From assembly GCA_951406725.2 (NCBI GenBank), contig OX597815.1, positions 86,614,001 to 86,678,000 of the forward strand: DNA of 64,000 nucleotides, written 5' to 3'. A program made the position numbers and the translations under genes. Positions 52,086 to 64,000 of the stretch are shown here, piece by piece (position 1 is the first letter of the stretch; each line of letters begins with the position of its first letter). Below the pieces are notes generated by a model that worked only from the letters and a program-made list of their open reading frames with translations, searched no databases and was not told the origin of the DNA. The DNA comes from Octopus vulgaris. Taxonomy: Eukaryota.

Positions 52086-53929
52086 ATATATGTATATATA
52101 TATATCAAAATAGTGTCAACTGTACTTTTAAATATTTTCGAAATTAGTGCTTTATAGGTGTTGTGCTTGAACTAAATTGATGGAAACTTAATATTTTAAC
52201 GGTAGATCTGAATAGTCTTACCCTCTGATTCTAAATGTATGTATAATAGATTTACGTCATATTCAGTTTACATGAGGATTTAAAGTACTTTGCATATAAT
52301 ACAAACTATATAGTATAGCACGTTAGAGTGCTACATGTAGTTAGTACACTATCCTAGGAATATTCATGCCTAATTGCCTAATTAGTCTAACTTCATCTTG
52401 GTTTTAGTAATTAATCTTTTTATCCCATTCTATAGTGTTCCACCATCGTAATCATATTTTTATAAATTTTTTATGTAAGTATCCTTCCTATTTAACCACC
52501 CCAAATGAAACGATATTATCATGTATTGATTTACACTGGTAACTTTTAAAACTTACATTATATCTCTTAGTTTATAATTAACATAGAGTTTGGCATGTTC
52601 TATGACCCCGTTATTATTCCTCTAGTTAACACCTGGTATCAGTCTTTATAGATACCACCTAATAAATAAATAATTTAGTTTTAAATGATTGAATTTATAA
52701 ACAATTACTATAGAATCTTCTCTATTCTATTGATGATAATAAGGTATATTTGCTTCACCATGGTTTTAGTGATTAAGCTGTTTATTCCCTTCTATGATGT
52801 TCTACCCTACATGATCATATTATTATTTTATAATAGCCTTTATGAAATTAAACCTAATTTTTTTACTCCTAGATATTTATATTAGCTTATATATAACAAC
52901 ACTGGTAGCTTTACAACTTATATTATACCTATTAGATTATATTTAATATATAGTTCGCTTGCTTTATCGCCCCACTACTCCTTTATTAAACGCCAGTAAA
53001 TGCCAGTGATCAATCTTCATAAATGACATGTAATAAGTAAATATTTCAGTATATGAATAAATTATTAAACTAATTCAATGTAATTTCTTTATCTCTCCCT
53101 ATTGTTGTAAATTTTGGTATATACTCAAAAGTATTCAAAAGTTTATCCTTTTGACTATGATATTCTTCTTAATATTTTTCTTGATAAACCTAAATGTTAT
53201 CGTTATACAATATAACAATATTGTTCAAATCATTCAACTATAGTACGCCATGATAAAATTTCCCCGGTATTATCATCATTGGTTTTATTAGAGTCTTGCC
53301 CCTTTAACTGAAAACTGATATCTTCATTTAAGTTCTTCCTTTACCAAGCCTCATTATAGACAGTTACTTTATTACTACTTCAAACTAATCTTGACAAGTT
53401 TTATGACTATACCCACTATGATTGTATCAACTCTCCCAGGCCCTTTCCTAATCAGACAATGCTCTTTGGTCTTAGATTTTGATATACAAAGATTTGATGA
53501 ACAAGACTATAAATTAAAACCGACTCAAAAATCAGTGACGAGTTAGAACTCTAACAGTTTTTTTTTCCTGAAGCCTTAGTAGTTTCTAAGCTGAAGTGAA
53601 TACAGCATGGACTTTGTCTGTCTTCTTACCCTCTAAGAGGATTTAGGTTAAATTATACAAATGTGTCCGACTGATTAAATAAATTCTGTTTATTTTATTT
53701 ATGCAGTTGAGGATAGCTCTGTATTTAAATTAGTGTAATGATTGCATTCTTCAATTAAATGGGGTCGCTTGAAACGATCGTACTGCATCATCTCTGGATA
53801 TTCTGTTGCTTATTTGATTTTATTCACCTTTTTTGAAACTGTACGGATAATTCCGCACTAACTTTTCGTGCCATAACATAAGAACCTAATTCATCTGAAT
53901 CTCAATTATATATATATATATATATATTT

Positions 53930-54231
53930 AAAAAAGAAGATGTGGAACACGAGTTGTGATATATAAAAAAAGGAAATGAAGAAAATGCTGACAAAATAAT
54001 TTAAGGGAGAGTGTATTTAATTAGGTGAAAGTTCTTTTTACCGGTTGCGCATTTGTTATGCTTATCAAAAGATATTTTTTAAGAGAGATAGAGTTCCTAT
54101 CAGAAAGGAACTCTATCTCTCTTTAAAAATATCTTTTGATAAGCATAACAAATGCGCAACCGGTAAAAAGAACTTTCACCTAATTAAATACACTCTCCCT
54201 TAAATTATTTTGTCAGCATTTTCTTCATTTC

Positions 54232-54240
<9 letters not shown>
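53930..54240. mobile_element. Fold-back PLE pLTR mini-element (~135 bp arms, 7 nt loop) in (TA)n
   Basis: 53960-54098 vs 54106-54240 are near perfect. Tail CACGAGTTG. Class B HHR (TTGATAA-GCAT..ATGC-GCAA-CCGGTA) at 54133-54168, with a mirror copy. Confidence 0.85.
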
Positions 54241-54292
<52 letters not shown>

Positions 54293-55116
54293 CACAGGGA
54301 AGTTTTTTGCTTAGGAGTACTTCTGACAATGACATACTACACTCGTAACACAGCAGCGAACAAAATGTATCTACACAGTATCAGGCTTAATATAAAAATT
54401 TCATTTCTTGAACATTCAGTTCCACTTTTCTATTTCTGAACTCTCTTTTCTATTTCGCTACTCTCAATATTTTAATATTTAATTTGGTTTTATCAAGTAT
54501 TAACAGAAAAATAATTTCTTCCTAGGACAGTACGTGTACCAATATAAGAGACAATTCAAGATATTTTTCTCTCAACTAAATACGTTACATTTTATTCAAC
54601 AATTTATCTTTCTATTTCTAAAATCACTTCATGATTCAGAAAATATTACATATTAGCAACACATTCCATATTAGAAACAGACGGCTGCTATTCTTAACTC
54701 GTTAACAAATTATTTAAACGCATTAACTATTAAAACTATCCCAAATTTATGGGACAATCATAAGCATGTAAGAAGGTCACTGATTGGGTTCTAAAACTTT
54801 AAATTGCTAAGATTTATGCTCCAATTTATTAAGAACGAAAATATTATTTTGAATGTAATAACATAAACTTAAACACTCCAAAAAACAAGCAAAATATACT
54901 GAAACATAACTTACCTTAACCATCCTTAGAATTTTACTGAGAAATACATACCTTAGGAACATATAATACGAGGATAGCAATGCAAAGCATCATCTTCAAG
55001 AAAGTATGTTGTTTGCACTAGTAGATGCAAACATATATAGAGTGTATAAGGTATTATAATCAAAGTTGTGCTCACATGAAGGGTGTCTGCGCATTTATAT
55101 TAATCAAATGTATATA

Positions 55117-55512
55117 CTCTTTACTCTTTTACTTGTTTCAGTCATTTGACTGCGGCCATGCTGGAGCACCGCCTTTAATCGAGCAACTCGACCCCGGGAA
55201 TTGTTCTTTTGTAAGCCCAGTACTTATTCTATCGGTCTCTTTTGCCGAACCGCTAAGTAACGGGGACATAAACACACCGGCATCGGTTGTCAAGCAATGC
55301 TAGGGGTACAAACACAGACACACAAACACACACATGCATATATATACATATATACGGCGGGCTTCTTTCAGTTTTCGTCTACCAAATCCACTCAAAAGGC
55401 TTTGGTCGGCCCGAGGCTATAGTAGAAGACACTTGCCCAAGGTGCCACGCAGTGGGACTGAATCCGGAACCATGTGGTTGGTAAACAAGCTACTTACCAC
55501 ACAGCCACTCCT
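55117..55512 (-). mobile_element. Family 1 SINE, full length
   Basis: Reverse complement of the 3289-3742 family with clean head and tail. Confidence 0.92.
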
Positions 55513-55803
55513 ATATATATAAATGTTTTATTTTGATTGAGATATACATAGCATTTGAAATTCCTGGTGAGTTCTGTTAGCAGAGTAATTATATATCAAA
55601 AGAGAAAACTTGAAAATTTTGGTATCTTTTTAATTTCATGATACACGTGTTTCGTTGCTCTCTGAAGGATTATGCATAGGTGATTCTGTATATTTTTATG
55701 ACTCTTATTCGCGTAACATGGAATTAGAAATATACCAAACCTTCCAGTTTTCTGTTTTTATGCCACATATTTATATCTATCTCTCTTTCTCTCTCTCTAT
55801 ATA

Positions 55804-56080
55804 TATATATAATATTAATTCGAGACAAAATTCATAAATTAAAACAGATTATGAGATCGAAATTCCACCTGACGAATGTCATTGAAGACATCAAACGATT
55901 GTAGTGGCGGTTTATTTCTTTATATTAAAAATTTTTATGTATTGATTAAGTCTTTCCTTGTTTGTTTTGCAAAATAGTGGTTTTGTCTCGAATTAATATT
56001 ATATAATATTTTACTATAAAATTGGATTTAATCCTAAATCTGATTTTTTCCCTGTAAATTTGGATTTATTCCCTAATATT
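55804..56080 (+). mobile_element. Mini PLE pLTR with short inverted end and class C hammerhead
   Basis: TATAATATTAATTCGAGACAAAA (55808-55830) vs TTTTGTCTCGAATTAATATTATA (55981-56003). Flanked by (TA)n. Confidence 0.75.
55865..55907 (+). ncRNA. Class C hammerhead motif (G12C)
   Basis: CCAC-CTGACGA-ATGTC[ATTGAA]GACAT-CAAA-CGATTG-TA-GTGG. Stems I and II are perfect. Confidence 0.78.
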
Positions 56081-56086
56081 TATTAT

Positions 56087-56142
<56 letters not shown>

Positions 56143-56824
56143 GTATCTGTCTATCGCAGATAAATATATTTATCCTCATATAATAGCAGTTGAGAAAATA
56201 CCATTAGGACACGTGGAGAGAATAAATAGAAAAGTAAAGAGAGAGAAATAATGTTCAATACTAATTCACTAGAGAAAAGCTGTGACATCTGTGTAATTCA
56301 CATATATTTCAGAATGTTCATTATGCAGCAAATTATTTATTTCCTAATATATTTTCTTAATATATCTCATCTGTTTTCACCTTTGGAAGATTCTCTCTTC
56401 CATTTTCTATTACGCTAGATTTTCTCGTTGAAACTTTGCATTGTTCCTTCTCTTTATCCTCATTCTCATCCTCTCTTCTTTCTCACTCATCTCATTTTAA
56501 CACACACTCTCTCTCTCCCACTTTTCCCTCTCTTCTACTCTCACCTTTCCATCTCTGTCTCTCTTTGTCGCGTTCAGTCTTATATGATTGAAACTTTCGA
56601 TGGATTTCGATTCTTTCAAATTTATAATTTATAAATATATCAACGCGTGTACATTCGCGTACACGATCACGTACATATATGTATGTGTCTAATATGTGTA
56701 CCTATATACATGCATACCAATTTACATACGTACATACATACACACGATACATATACGAATATCCATATATTTATACTGCACAAATTATACAGTCATTCAA
56801 TAAAACATTAATATGAAGAGGTAA

Positions 56825-56866
<42 letters not shown>

Positions 56867-57233
56867 TAGACAGATATAGCGAAAGAAGAAGGTAAGATAT
56901 GTAATATATACAAACGGTAGTCCGTCTGTTCCACGATGATGATTCATTTGTTCGATGAAGCGATTTACTTGCACATTGAGACAGCTGGTAAGTGATTGGA
57001 CAATGCACCTTCACGCTTGTACTGATGAGGCAATTCTAAGGTAAATTCAGCGTCACACGATATGTGGCAATGCAGTTATTTTTGAATTGCACCTTTAAAA
57101 TTACAGAGCACAATCCATTCGACAGGTGTCCAGACAGTTTTCGTCTGCCTATATATATATTCACAAAGTATGAGTGGACCCTTACCTTGTATTATAGAAA
57201 GTGATATTTGCTCAAGATACTACGCAAGCACAC

Positions 57234-57289
<56 letters not shown>

Positions 57290-57291
<2 letters not shown>

Positions 57292-58130
57292 AATAAAATG
57301 AGACAACAAAACCAAGGTTGTGTGGAATTTATAGGACATTTATAAAGGGAAAGGTAGTCTTACAGCTGTTTCTATGATATTAGGTATATCCCTCCATCAG
57401 AGACAATATGAGAGAGTTAACTAGAAGGAAATAGTAGAGTTCAATATAAGGTATTATTTTGGAAAAGTATGGATATAGGAAGTATAAAGGGAAATAAGAG
57501 AATAAAAGTAAAAATAAAAGTAAAACTATATGTAGGATGTTACAGTTGTAGTTCCATTATCCAAAGAAAGTGTTGTATAAAATGGGTAGAAATGCTACTA
57601 TTCCATGGTATATAGATTCCGGTAGGAGTTCATATTTTGTTATTACGAATGGATAGCGCAGATACAAATTCCATGTGCTGTTTGTCTGAAACGGTCTTGT
57701 GGTGTGAATGAAATTTTGAGAGTGTACTGGTAGGGGTAAGTAGATAGAGAGACGAGAATAGATATGTATGTTAGGAGGAGCATGGTATTAGTCAAAAGAA
57801 ATAAGAGGGGAAAGAAGAAGGAAAGACAGAAAGAAAAACGAAAGAAATAGGCAGAAAAATATGAAAGGAGTGCTAGATGGTGGTCAAGATATTATAGAGG
57901 TGGGGGTCAGAGAGGAGAGCTATCAGGATAAAAGAGATAGGGGGTGGATAGAAGGAAGAGATAAGAATGTTAGGATGGAATACACATATAAATGTGCATA
58001 TGCACTATTATATTATTATTACCAGGTGATTACGTTGGTAGGGTATAGAGTAAAAGGAATAGGATTTGAGAACTTATTGTATGTAGCTTTTATCTTACAG
58101 ATATGTGTGTGTGCGTGTGTATTTGTGTAT
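57290..58130 (-). mobile_element. PLE 3' region with class A hammerhead (57357-57404)
   Basis: Minus strand GTCT-CTGATGG-AGGGATAT..ATATCATA-GAAA-CAGCTG-TA-AGAC. Homologous to 5250-5540. Ends at (CA)n. Confidence 0.72.
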
Positions 58131-58227
58131 AGACGCTAGTACTAGAATTTTTGAATCGAGTCACACATAATTTGCGAAATTGTACTAGCATCGAGTTGTA
58201 TATGTTGTAATGATAGAGTGAAACCAA

Positions 58228-58287
58228 ATAGTAATATTTTAAAATACACTTTGAAATACATTTTGTAGTACATTTGAAGTCTGCGTA

Positions 58288-58348
<61 letters not shown>

Positions 58349-58452
58349 AAAAAGTATATATAAAAACTTAGGATGTTTAATGGATTATATTTCCAATTTT
58401 ATATTACGCAGACTTCAAAAACGCGTATCAAAAAATTTCAAAATATCACTAT
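58228..58452. repeat. Inverted repeat enclosing a (TA)n tract
   Basis: TTGAAGTCTGCGTAATATAAA vs TTTATATTACGCAGACTTCAA, with weaker outer extension. Confidence 0.75.
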
Positions 58453-59002
58453 GCGGGCTTCAGCACATTTAACGTACAAGTAATATACAAATAATACTCG
58501 TAAATAGATATAGTATATGACCAGCGCTGGATTAACCATTAATGAAAATAAATACGAGCTTAGGTCAACAAGTGAAGTTGGAACGCCACCGAAATGATAA
58601 ATGGTTTACGACACAAATGAAATCACTTTGCAATTTAAAAGAAGATAAAAGCAAACTCTTTAAATATAAATAAAGTGACATTATACAAACTTAATCCTTT
58701 TCCCTCTTACTGTTAGTTTTGTTTAAAAAATGTAATGCCGCGTAAGAATCTATATCGACAGTTCTTGAAACTCGTCGCAAGATTTGTACTTGTAAATCAA
58801 GGTGTAGCATTTGCACACAATGTGTCACTGACTACGTAAAGTTTACAAGTGCCTGCGGAATACTCATCTACTTACGCTTAAAATTCAATATGAAGGCAGC
58901 ACTTGTGATCCAATAACCGTAATACTCAGCGCCAAAACCGAATAAACTATATATAATTTACTTTATATATACGTGTTTGTGCGCACGCGCGCGTGTCTAT
59001 TG

Positions 59003-59033
<31 letters not shown>

Positions 59034-59102
59034 ACGACGATGTATTAAACGCGCTTGGAGCAGCTGATGATCGATAGCTAGAATCATACATATATATATA
59101 TG

Positions 59103-59196
<94 letters not shown>

Positions 59197-59637
59197 CATA
59201 CATACACATGTACATATGTTCATACATGTTTATAAACTCAATAATAGGAAATAAGTGTTTTTATAAATTGTAATTTTATATCTGTTCTTGTAATTCTGAA
59301 AATCTATTGAAAAGTAATTTCTTTTATTGGGGTTCCAAATATTATAATATTATTTGTGTTGTAGAACATTCTGAGAGAAATGTATTTTGTATTAGATTTC
59401 AATATTTCATGTAGTTAATAATAATTTATCAATTTTCCACCAATTTCCACTACCTTTAAAGTTATCTTCTATTTTGGAATGAAATATTTTCCAGCCTAAT
59501 GCCTAACTTTGCTGTTACTGCTGTAATGAACGAAGATGGTGGTTGAAAGAGAGTGCGGCGACCGCAAAGTTTTGCTGTATTTAGACGCGATAGTACTGAA
59601 ATCCCACAGTTTTTCTTATCATTTTTATTATCTTTAA

Positions 59638-60240
59638 AGCGACGAGGTGGCAGTATCGTTAACACGCCGGACAGCATTTCGTCTCTCTTTACGTCTTCAG
59701 TTCGAATTCAGCAGAAGTCATCTTTACTTTTCATCCTTTTGGGATCGGTAAAATAAGTTCTAGTTGTACACTGGGGTGTATGTAATCGACTATTCCCCTC
59801 CTCCAAGATTTCAGGTTTTGTCCCTAGAAGGAATTATTATCATATTTATTAAGGACTTGAGCTTATAACCGAAAGGGTTAGCATCTTTATTGTATGAGAA
59901 CGGTAGCTTGACAGAATCGTTACAGCATCGGTTAAAATACTTTGCAGTATTTAATTTCGACTCTACATATCCTGAGATCAAATCTCACTGATGTTCACAT
60001 TTATTCTTGTAGGGTCGCTAAAATGAAGTAGCAGTGAAGATCTGAATTTGATCGAATCGACCAACAGTGTCCGACCGAAACTGTAGGCTTTTTCTTAAAT
60101 TAGAAATAAATTAGAAGACGGCGAAGTGGCAGGATCTTGGGAGCATCGGAAGTTTAAATGCTTTGCCGTATTTACTCTGGTTTTTACCTTCTGAGTTCAA
60201 ATCCTGCTGAGGTCATATTTGGTTTTCATTCCTGGTGGTT
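59638..60240 (+). mobile_element. Cluster of three degenerate family 3 SINEs
   Basis: Heads at ~59638, ~59901 and ~60118, each with a B-box-like sequence. Meta-like core CTTTTCATCCTTTTGGGATCGGTAAAATAAGT in the first copy. Confidence 0.65.
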
Positions 60241-61219
60241 TTCGTGGCGATGAAGACAGTGATGAGGTCGACGTCGATGGCGATAATAATGTCGATGATG
60301 ATGAGAAAGTGAAGGGAGAGGAGAAGATAGTGCTTATCATCTTCCGTTGGATTAACATTCCTTCTTGTAAAAGAAGACATTTTAGACAGTCTAACTCAAT
60401 GAAAGTATTAAACGAACAGAATTTCATGCAAATCAAACCGGTACACAAAACGTAGTTTGTAATTAATTGTTGTGCTAATGCAGTCTTAACCCGGATTACA
60501 ACTGGATTTATAAATTTGTTAGTTTATTATTATTTATTACTTTTTCTGTTTTCGTTTTCTATATTTGAATTTCTCTTGAATATTTCTACAATTGAATAAA
60601 ACCACGTCTTCTATCACTGGAACAAATTATCTCCCTTTTCTGTAACATCGCCTTAGTTACTGATGGTTATCAGTCACAAAGGCGATAAAGTCGCTCGTTT
60701 TATCTTGGGTGATTACTCAAAATCAAACAGAAAAGCATTCATAATTGCTTTTCGTTACGAAGCAATCATACAGTGACGCATTCCAACGTTTTTTATCCTC
60801 TTTCTTTATATGTACTTTCCTTTATATGTACTTTCCTTTATATGTACTTTTGACACTGAATGCCACGATTAAGATCTTGCCAACCATGGTTTTCATTCTA
60901 CATCGAAACCAACATTAGAATTTCAGAAATGTACACATTTTATACGCAATTCTTTCATATTAGATACTTTTCTCCGTTATATTTTTCCTCTTAAATAGGT
61001 CCAAGTAAGTCTGTGTTGTTAAGAAGTTCGTTTTACAATCACATGTTTCCAAGTTCGATCCTGTTTCTACATTACGGCGCCTTGGACAAAACTGTGCTTA
61101 CCTAGCCTCAGATTTATTAATACTTTAAGAGGTTCCGTTCTCTAATCTCATTTGTCCATGATTCTACATTTCCCGTCATTTACGAATACAATCAAACCTT
61201 TAACGTTTTATACTGTCTT

Positions 61220-61356
61220 ACCTCTTCTCTCTCTCTCTCTCTCTCATTCTATGTGCATTTTCTCTCATTTTTTTTCTTGTACATGTCGACTTCTCCCTTT
61301 TCACTTTTACTCTTCGTTTCATTACCTTCTCTGTTTCTCTTTTCTCCTTTGTCTTT

Positions 61357-61389
<33 letters not shown>

Positions 61390-61741
61390 TTCTTCTTCTT
61401 CTTCTTCTTTTTCTTCCTCTTCTTCTTCTTCTTCTTCTTCTTCTTCTTCTTCTTCTTCTTCTTCTTCTTCTTCTTCTTCTTCAATTTATTCTCCTATTTT
61501 GGAAATATATTCGATTAGATTAAATGAGATAAAGAGATATATCCTTACCATTCGTTCTCTTCATCCACTTTCTTTCTACTTAACTATCTATCTATCCTAT
61601 CTATCTTTCAATCTATTTATTCATTTTTTTCATTCTTCTCGTATTATTTGCATTACATTCTTTCTTTCCGTCACCTACTTTCTCACTCCCTCTCTCTCTC
61701 TCTCTCTCTCTTTCGCTCACTCGCTCTCTCCCTCTCACTCC

Positions 61742-61789
<48 letters not shown>

Positions 61790-62078
61790 ATTCGTTCTGT
61801 TTTACTCTTCATTTCTCCTTTGTCTCTTTATCTCTTTTTTATCACCTAAAATCACACTTTTCTTTCATCATTCCTTTCTTTCTCTCCTTCATGTATCCTT
61901 TTCTCTTTATTTCACTCTCTCCATAGTTACCTTCTCTGATCATTCTCTTCCTTAACTCTCTAATTCGCAGAACCTATTCTACTCTTTTTTCACCTCCTAT
62001 CCATCTCTCTCCCCCTTCTCTCTCCCATCTTCCTCCTCTCCCTCTCTCCCCCTTCTCTCTCCCATCTCCCTCCTCTCC

Positions 62079-62142
<64 letters not shown>

Positions 62143-62610
62143 TTATCTATCTATCTATCTACCCATACTGTCTTCCCTGTCTTGGTGATTAGGCTTTATC
62201 TCCTGCAATCAGGCCTTATTCTTTTTTTATTCCTTCCCACCTCCTTCCCGTCTCTATTTCCGTTTTGTCTATCCTCTCCCCATTCACTTTCTCTGTTTAT
62301 ATTAGGTTAAACATATTCCTCTTATTCTCACAGCTCCTCTTCTATTATCTATATTTCTCTGTGTTTTATATTTTGATCTATCTCTCTAACATTCTCTACC
62401 TCTAACTGTATCTAACTGTATTCCATTTAACTTTGATATTCCCTCTCATACTCTTTGCGTTATCGACCTTCTATAATGCTGCTCCTCACGTTACCCTCTT
62501 TCTTTGCCCATCCATTATTCTCGTTCTTTTTCTTTCCCATACAGCATTACTTTCTTTTTGCTCCTCCTCTTCCATCACCACTCTAACCCATGCTCATTGT
62601 CTCTCTCTTC
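61220..62610. repeat. Long pyrimidine-rich tract with (CTT)n and (CT)n
   Basis: (CTT)n at 61360-61482 and (CT)n at 61690-62138. Confidence 0.92.
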
Positions 62611-62656
62611 AAATAAACTATTTTAAAACATTGTCGATTACAAATCCGTTTGTATT

Positions 62657-62995
62657 CTTTTATTTGCTTCAGTCACTTGACCTTCTGGCCATGCTGGAGC
62701 ACCGTTTTTAGTCGAACAAATCGACCACAGGACTTATTTTTTGTAAGCCGAGTACTTATTCTATCCACGTCTTTTTGCCGAACCGCTAAGTTACGGGGAC
62801 ATAAACACAAGTGATGGTGGGACGACAAACACAGACACACAAATACTCACACACACACACATACACACACACATATATACGACGGGCTTCTTTCAGTTTC
62901 CGTCTACCAAATCCACTCATAAGGCTTTGGTTGGCCCGAGGCTATAGTAGGAGTCACTTGCCCAAGGTGCCACGCTGTGGGACTGAGCCCATGTG
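62657..62995 (-). mobile_element. Family 1 SINE, 5' end truncated
   Basis: Homologous to 55117-55470. Confidence 0.88.
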
Positions 62996-64000
62996 AAAGG
63001 CGATCCACTTTCCTTTGTAACTATTGTAATTGCTACATGTATAGCTTATACTGTTTTAGTGTCTGTTTTCATAATTCTACATTTTGTGTATTCTGTTGCT
63101 AATTTTCCCTGTGTCTTGTCATTAGGTTGGTCTTCTGTTCATGAATAGGAAGAACTACTATAGAACTTAATTATTTATCAATTTCCACCTTGGCTTTATT
63201 ATTGTATTTAATTTTATTTAAAATAAATTCTCTCATTAAATCTTTCTGACTTTTATTCAAAGTTTCCCTTGTGTGGATACGGTTTTGATTTTATTGACCA
63301 GTATTCTATAGATATTTAAGTCGTGTTTCTCGTTTTGTTTGTTTAATATGCTCTAGATATATCTTTCAAACGTTGCATTTTGCGTGGTTTTTATGGATCA
63401 AATTCAAACTACGCAGTGTAGTAATATAATATACATTCCGATTTATGAAGCCTCTCCACCTCTAATGAAAATTTAAATAAAAATTTGCGCTTCAAGTTCA
63501 TTCTTTTCTTTTTTCTGTTACCAGGCAGCAGAATATGGTAATGTATTTTAGCGTTTCTATATAGACAATTTGTTTCTTCCGTTTCTAAGGCGTTTAGTCA
63601 TTCCGTCTGGCTCCACCTCGAATTAGAAATATTGACAGACTTCAGTAGTTGTTATTGTTGGTTACTTGCATAAAAGAAAATCAATTTTTGCCATAGAACT
63701 TTTCATATTGTTACACGAAGATCAAAGTGAAGGAAATATAAAATTGGTATGTGACTATCGTGTAATTAACTTTAACGCTCCCGATAACTAATTTATGCTC
63801 TTATAATGTACGTTTCTTGGCCTTTCTATTTTAAATATTAGCCCTATTTTCTAAAATAATTACGTATCCACTTTATTACATTCGCTTTATGTGCTATGGA
63901 CTAGACAATGCAGCACAAAAAGAACAATTACGACCTTAAAATATAAAAGAACGAACTTCAATAGTTACTACAATGCCTAGACATCAAATATTACTTCTTA

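Noticed and set aside
52200-55060. Possible further decayed PLE bodies (also 2440-2720 and 63000-63500)
   Set aside because: Composition and scattered motifs are suggestive, but there is no unambiguous ordered motif set.
60804-60850. 3 x 16 bp tandem repeat CTTTATATGTACTTTC
   Set aside because: Ordinary slippage minisatellite.
61218-61484. Poly-Lys, protamine-like ORF
   Set aside because: Reverse translation of the (CTT)n tract.

Overview
AT-rich, microsatellite-saturated eukaryotic DNA. The SINE families and repeat landscape point to an Octopus-like coleoid cephalopod (inference). No intact host gene is evident, and almost all supplied ORFs are translations of simple repeats. Recognisable content is a set of decayed mobile elements: three tRNA-derived SINE families, an L1/Tx1 LINE with its RT core deleted, RTE, R4/Dong and CR1-group LINE fragments, a DD34D mariner, a Helitron helicase remnant, a probable solo LTR and many Penelope-like elements (PLEs). 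The most notable signal is more than a dozen minimal type I hammerhead ribozyme (HHR) motifs in three sequence classes. One class has a compensatory U3-A8 core. Many motifs sit in short fold-back elements inserted in (TA)n, so that both strands carry a ribozyme. Also notable are a ~2 kb unit bounded by HHRs that encodes only a GIY-YIG endonuclease, and an unexplained ~76% GC island next to a long hairpin. Coordinates were read by eye and may be off by a few bases.
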